64,000 bases of DNA, taken from NCBI GenBank assembly GCA_038087875.1, contig JAXLNO010002317.1:2728001-2792000 (forward strand), written 5' to 3'. Positions 61,965 through 64,000 of this stretch are shown here, in pieces (the first letter of the stretch is position 1; the number at the start of each line of letters is the position of its first letter). The position numbers and the translations under genes are program-made. The notes below the pieces were generated by a model. That model had not been told where the DNA came from. It saw nothing but the letters and a program-made list of their open reading frames with translations, and did no database searches. The DNA is from Malacoraja senta (taxonomy: Eukaryota).

Positions 61965-62685
61965 TGGCCACATCCTCCCATCTCTTCATCTTTCAGCTTC
62001 CCGCAGAGACCGTTCCCTCCATAACTCCCTGATCAACTCGTCCCTCCCACCCAAACCACTCCCTACCCGGGTACTTTCCCTTGCAACCGCAGGAGATGCT
62101 ACACTTGTCCCTTTACCTCCCCCCTCGACTCCATCCAAGGACCCAAACAGTCTTTCCTGGTGAGGCAGAGGTTCACCTGCACCTCCTCCAACCTCATCTA
62201 CTGTATCCGCTGTTCCAGGTGTCAACTTCTCTACATCGGTGAGATCAAGCGCAGCTTGGCGATCGTTTCACTGAACACCTCCGCTCAGTCCATCTTAACC
62301 TACCTGATCACCCGGTGGCTCAGCACTTCAACTCCCCCTCCCATTCCCAATCCGACCTTTCTGTCCTGGGCCTCCTCCATTGTCAGAGTGAGGCCCAACG
62401 GAAATTGGAGGAGCAGCACCTCATATTTCACTTGGGTAGTTCACACCCCAGCGGTATGAACATTTGACTTCTCTAACTTCAGATAGCCCTTGCTTTCCCT
62501 CTCTCTCCATCCCCTCCCCTTCCCAGTTCTCCCACTAGTCTTACTGTCTCCGACTACATCCTATCTTTGTCACCCCCTCTCCCCTGACATCAGTCTGAAG
62601 AAGGGTCTCGACCCGAACATTGACCATTCCTTCTCTCCAGAGATGCTGCCTGACCCGCTGAGTTACTCCAGCACTTTGTGTTTGT
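61965..62685 (+). mobile_element. Penelope-like fragment, copy-C paralogue
   Basis: LIYCIRCSRCQLLYIGEIKR in ORF 62160-62459, then a frameshift. Confidence 0.85.
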
Positions 62686-63304
62686 CTTACCGGATATGTT
62701 CAGCAGAACCCTGTCCAGTCCGGAATATTTCACACCCCAATAGGTCTCCATTCGGAAGTAGTACCATCCCTCGTCCCGCTTGGTCAGACTGTCGATTGTC
62801 AGGGTGCAATCTTTGTCTCCCTCCCATTGTTCTGGGATCTTTGCTCTTGGATGGTGGAGAGGGTCGGGGCTTTCCGAGAGCTTACGATGAGGGTGCCGTG
62901 TGTCTTGTCATCCTTCAGCCACTGAACGGTTTTCAGCCGAGAACCGGCGGGACGGGAGAAGGAGCAAGGAATCTGTACGCAGGTTCCCACGGCAGCCATG
63001 ACATCCCTTGGAGCCTTCACCTCCACTGAACGGCAACCACGCCTGCAGAGAGAGAGNNNNNNNNNNNNNNNNNNNNNNNNNNNNNNNNNNNNNNNNNNNN
63101 NNNNNNNNNNNNNNNNNNNNNNNNNNNNNNNNNNNNNNNNNNNNNNNNNNNNNNNNNNNNNNNNNNNNNNNNNNNNNNNNNNNNNNNNNNNNNNNNNNNN
63201 NNACAGAGTCACAGAGACACAGAGTCACAGAGACACAGACACAGACACAGAGACACAAACAGACACAGACACAGACACAGAGACACAGAGTCACAGAGTC
63301 ACAA

Positions 63305-64000
63305 AAACAATCAAATCTGTTTAACCTTACCCACTGCCTCGAGGATATAAAGTGTTGGATGGCCCAGAACTTCCTCCAACTAAACGAGAGTAAGTCTGAG
63401 GTCATCCTTCTCGGCCCCTCGGACTCAATCAAAACGATAGCAGGCAGCCTTGGAAACCTTACCCCACTACTCAAACCTCACATCAAACACCTTGGCGTGA
63501 TATTTGACTCAGCACTGAAATTTGACAAACAAGTCAATGCCGTGGTAAAAGCTAGCTTCTTTCAGCTTCGGATGATAGCTAAAATAAAACAATTCCTCCA
63601 CTTTGATGACCTGGAAAAGATCATCCACACATTCATCTCCTCCCGCCTAGATTACTGCAACTCCCTTTACACTGGCATCAGCCAATCTTCCCTGTCCCGC
63701 CTGCAACTGGTCCAAAACGCCACAGCGAGACTCCTGACGGGCACCCGAAAAAGGGACCACATCACCCCGATCCTGGCCTCTCTCCACTGGCTCCCTGTGC
63801 GGTTGGTTCCGTATAAATTTCAAGACCTCCTCTTTGTCTACAAAGCCCTCAATGGGCTTGCCCCCACTACATTAAAAGTCTTCTCACCCACCACCTCCAG
63901 GTCCCTCAGATCGGCCGACTTGGGGTTGCTGAATATCCCACGGTCTAGGCATAAGCTCAGGGGCGACCGGGCCTTTGCGGTTGCAGCTCCTAGACTGTGG
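63305..64000 (+). mobile_element. L2 fragment, copy-C paralogue, cut by the window end
   Basis: Nucleotide match to 50025-50701. Confidence 0.85.

Larger units (their letters stand above)
58065..63042 (-). pseudogene. Siglec/CD22-like gene, copy C, partial (V1, C2, C2, first 28 nt of V2); leader expected beyond the window end
   Basis: V1 62691-63042 (352 nt, two 1-bp deletions), D2 60345-60632 (288 nt, intact), D3 58980-59256 (277 nt, +1), V2 acceptor at 58092 cut by the 200-N run 57865-58064. Confidence 0.82.
58065..64000. repeat. Direct duplicate of about 45040-50701
   Basis: Same exon and TE order and orientation as copy B; extra CR1 piece near 58500-58880. Confidence 0.88.

Overview
Vertebrate genomic DNA, most likely a cartilaginous fish (inferred from an HE1-type V-SINE and CR1/HER1-type LINE remnants throughout). 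The only host genes I can support are three near-identical copies of one Siglec/CD22/MAG-like multi-Ig gene: copy A (+, 12285-33283), copy B (-, 51919-36278, tail-to-tail with A) and partial copy C (-, from beyond 64000 to 58065). All introns between coding exons are predicted phase 1. The main observation is the architecture leader-V-C2-C2-V-C2-C2...: two complete Siglec recognition modules in one gene, each V-set with the F-strand Arg, the flanking aromatics and the extra Cys that matches an extra Cys in the next C2 domain. As assembled, every copy has frameshifts or a stop, and no transmembrane or cytoplasmic exon is visible. Two N-runs of exactly 200 nt sit where homology between copies breaks, so relative orientation and 3' ends need raw-read confirmation. 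The rest is dense transposon sequence: one near full-length Tx1-clade LINE in a (TC)n tract, Penelope remnants with minimal hammerhead motifs, L2, Rex1/Babar, CR1, V-SINEs, MITEs, a nested solo-LTR complex, a Tc1 scrap and mini/microsatellites. Exon coordinates were read from splice sites by hand; most repeat boundaries are approximate. No database searches were run.
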